This document shows, in pieces, positions 60,067 through 64,000 of a stretch of DNA of 64,000 nucleotides. This DNA is from Eledone cirrhosa (lineage: Eukaryota). Both the position numbers and the translations under genes were made by a program. Under the pieces are notes generated by a model. That model did no database searches and had not been told where the DNA came from. It saw only the letters and a list, made by a program, of their open reading frames with translations. Positions within the stretch are counted from its first letter, which is position 1. Each line of letters opens with the position of its first letter. The stretch spans positions 172,112,001-172,176,000 of the forward strand of contig OZ024743.1 of assembly GCA_964016885.1 (NCBI GenBank), read 5' to 3'.

Positions 60067-61069
60067 AATAACAATAACAATAATAATAATAAGAATAATA
60101 ATAATAAGAATAATAAGAATAAGAATAAGGGAAGAAGACGCGCGAGGTGGTAGAACGTCACGAAATTGCTCCCGTAAGTTTTTTGATTTTTAACATATTT
60201 AAATCAATTGTAAAAGAACAATTCTTAGCACAAATGTTGCATAAAGGCACTGAATGAGGTCCCATAAAGTTTCGGATCCATATTATATTGTTGTATCGCT
60301 CAAATATTCAATTTTGTATTATATATTTTGTATTCAAAAAAAGAAAATGGTTATAAATGGAACAAAACACCCTCTGTCTACACTATATAGAACAGCGGCA
60401 ATTTCAATTTCACCAACACCAGAAACTCGATACACTACCTATCCCATCACACTAAATATAACGGCAACTTCACCGGCATCATAATAATAATTACTATTAT
60501 TATTGTCTCAAATTTAAAAAAATGTTTAATTCAAATTTTACGGGAATATGTCAACACAAAATATAATGAAAATATATATTAAACATACGAACACAAACTC
60601 ATAGATACTATATCAGTAACCACAACACCACCGCTGCCACCACCCCACCACATCCATCATCGCCGCCACCACTCATTCAATGCTACTGACACTATTCCCC
60701 TGTTAACTTGAGAGAGAAAAGGGAAGTTGGTGGTAGCACTAGACAAGAGAGAGGCTAGCAAAAGATATAAATAGATTGACTTGGTGACCTTGCCACGGAC
60801 AAACGTCTACATCAACAATTATGGGACTGCTGGCTCACCCCTTCCTCACCAACAATATAAAAAGCCCCGGCACCACCACCGACATAGCCAGCAGCAATAA
60901 CAGCCAACTACAACAAAAAGTATATTATATTATTGTAATGCACTGGGTGATTGCTGGCCTTGTCCCTGGAGTGGAGACAATTATTAATAATTTCATTCTT
61001 AAGCCACGCAATGCTCACATTAAGGAACCACTCATGATAATAACAATTAAAAAAAAACAACAAAAAGAA

Positions 61070-64000
61070 AACCCCGTGACCAAGAAATACCGGAATGGCG
61101 GCCGGCGGGGAATAGCCATGTCTCTAGGGGAGAACGACCCCTCTAGTCTTGGTTGACACTCGTTCTAGAAGTGGTAACACGAAAAGATTACCCCTTGGCG
61201 GATAAGGATAAAACGCGACAAAATAAAGTAGATGTCTAATGATGAAATCTCATACCGGATCGGCCGTCACCCGGGTAAAAAAGGGCCGCGTCCCTCAGAG
61301 AGGAACCAGACTGGGGTCGAAAAATCAGCTAATGGTTCAAACCTTCCCATCACTTCGGAGCTGGAGACCTCCCATAACCGGAATACTCCTACTGTTGGCC
61401 CTCCATGCTCACCACCAAGAAATCCAAAGAAAAAAAGAGAAAAATGGTCAAGGGAAGATAATAAAGAAGTCCTTGAGGCTTTCTACACTGCCATGTACTA
61501 CCCATCAAATACATCGAATACAGAGCAAACATATATCAACTGGAAAAAGAAACATCCCGAAAACAGAGGCTATATTGACAGTAACAAACTAGCCAATATA
61601 CGAAGAAATATTGTAAGAAAAAAGTTACTAACTGATATAGAAATTGATCAGATCAAGCTAGTAGCACAAAGTCAGCGAAGGGAAAATGAAGCATGTGTCA
61701 GTGAAAACGAGGTAAACTGTAACACTTCGAATCCCAGAGTTGGGGCGGAATCACTGGCAACAGAACAAATTAAAGAAAGGAGCGAAAAAGTGGAGGGAGT
61801 GCATGCTCAGGATGAAACTCCAAATGAAAATAATGAGATCGTAAATGATAAAGAAATGAATGAGAATGAACTTGCCAACTTGAAGTATGAAATTATGATC
61901 GAATGGATGAAAATGAAAGAATCTGACATGGGGCAACGAGACACCCTCCCTAAGATCCAGAACTCCAAACAGAACCAAAAGATAATACACAAGACTAACA
62001 TAATTCTCAAAAACATTATCATCACAAACAAAATAAACATTACTGACTTAAATCATCTCTATTATGCATCGGCTAAAGTCACCACTCACTTATGTGGAGT
62101 GAAGATGAAAAAACAAAGGAATTCCCACAAGAAATCTACTTGGCAAGATAACATCAATCGCCAAATAAACCTTCTCCGATCTGACATAGAAATTTTAACA
62201 AACTATAAAGTAGGTGAACATGTTAAACAAACTAAACTTAGAAAATTGAAAAAAAAGTACAGTATAAGATCAACATGTGACATAGACATGCTGATAGAAA
62301 CAATCAAGCAAAAAGTGTCGGCCAAAGCTGCTCGTATAAGGCGCTTTGAAAAACGATCTAGATTCTATAAGGACAATAATATGTTCAAAAACAACCAAAG
62401 AAACTTCTACAGAAAAATTGTCAACAATAACTGCTAAATCAATACCACCCAAGGAGGAAGTGCAAGAATTCTGGGAAAAGATCTGGGCCGAAGAAAAAGT
62501 TCATAACATACATGCCCCATGGATAGACAGACAAATGAAAGAAACAGCTCACCTTGAAGAACAAACATGGGAAAATATAACAGTTGAACAGCTGCGCTTG
62601 GCTCTAAGAAAAACCAGCAAATGGAAATCCCCAGGAAAAGACAAAATACAAAACTTTTGGATAAATGCCTTCACAGAGTCTCATGAGCTGTTAGCCCAAC
62701 TTTACAATGAAATAGTTAAGGAGCCAGAAAAGATACCATCATGGCTAGTTAACGGCATTACATTCCTGCTACCGAAGAATGATGAGACAAACAATCCCAA
62801 AAATTACAGACCGATAACCTGCTTGACCACAATGTATAAAATTTTAACATCAGTCCTAACTGAATACACATATGACCACCTGATAACAAATGACCTATTT
62901 CCCATTGAGCAGAAAGGGTGTAAACGAGGCTCATATGGCTGTAAGGATCAGTTCTGGTTAACAAAATGATACTGGAAGATTGTCATAATAGACACAAAAA
63001 TCTATCGATTGCTTGGATAGATTATAAAAAAGCATTTGATAGTTTGCCACACAGTTGGATTGAAAGATGTTTAGAGATTTTCAAAATATCCCCCGTTGTC
63101 AGGAGGTTTTTGTCATTCAGTATGAGGACATGGAGAACGACACTCCTTTTGAATAGTGAAACAAAATCACTGGAAGCTGGAGAAGTTAACATTAATTGTG
63201 GAATTTTTCAGGGTGACTCTTTATCACCGCTTTTATTCTGCATCGCACTTATACCATTAAGTAAAATGCTCAATGAAACAAAACATGGATATAGAGTCTA
63301 TGACAAAACCATTAATCACCTGTTCTACATGGATGACCTGAAACTATTCGCAAAAAATGATGAACAATTGCAAGGGCTATTATCCACTGTGAAGCAGTTC
63401 AGTGATGACATTAAAATGGAGTTTGGACTGGATAAATGCGCCAAAGCAACGTTCACCAGAGGAAAGCTGCTGAAGAGTTCAGACATTAATCTTGATCGGG
63501 GGAACGTGATAAGAGAGCTTGATCAAGAACAAACTTACAAATATCTAGGTGTTTGTGAAGGAGACGGAATCAAGCACTCGACAATGAGGGAAAGGATAAG
63601 GAAGGAATGTTACCGCAGAGTCAGAGCAATCTTAAGAACGGAATTGAATGCAAGGAATAGGATCGATGCCATAAACACGCTTGCCATACCAGTAGTAACC
63701 TACAGTTACAATGTCATCAACTGGTCAAGCACAGAGATCCGTAGGCTCGATACAAAAATCCGAAAATTCTTAACCATGCACAGAATGCATCACCCTAAGG
63801 CAGACATAGATAGAATATATCTCCCTAGGAAAGAAGGAGGACGTGGGTTAATCCAGTTAGACATTGCGTTGAAAACTGCAACAATTGGATTATCCACATA
63901 TCTAAGGGAATCACATGATTGGATGATCAAACTCGTTTTGAAACACGAAAGCACCAAAAGATCATATTCCATTACAAAAGATGCACAAAGATACAGTAAT
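61070..64000 (+). mobile_element. R4/Dong-like non-LTR retrotransposon, 5' UTR plus N-terminal region and RT (two frameshifts, runs off the window)
   Basis: ORF from 61232. WKSPGKD, YRPITCL, EQKGCKRGSYGCKDQ, AWIDYKKAFDS, GIFQGDSLSPLLF, LFYMDDLK (63326-63337). A different family from the 59-kb copy. Confidence 0.93.

Overview
Repeat-saturated, AT-rich eukaryotic DNA, most likely from an octopod cephalopod. That attribution is inferred from the tRNA-SINE family and the dense (TA)n/(CA)n tracts. No host gene is confidently seen, and most ORF-track entries are microsatellite artefacts. The window is a nest of retroelements: about 10 Penelope-like elements (PLEs; RT + GIY-YIG, including Neptune/Poseidon-like and AT-rich Naiad-like types), RTE, CR1-like and R4/Dong-like LINEs, about 8 SINE copies and two non-autonomous Helitron-like elements. 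About 20 type I hammerhead ribozyme (HHR) motifs from several families were read by eye. Several are complete (stems I/II/III plus NUH), some have an unusually extended stem II, and one family shows covariation. The most striking pattern is pervasive fold-back architecture: ORF-less elements with an HHR in each inverted arm, kb-scale hairpin PLEs, and short inverted copies of flanking DNA mirrored across (TA)n at element ends. Coordinates are hand-read and boundaries are approximate.
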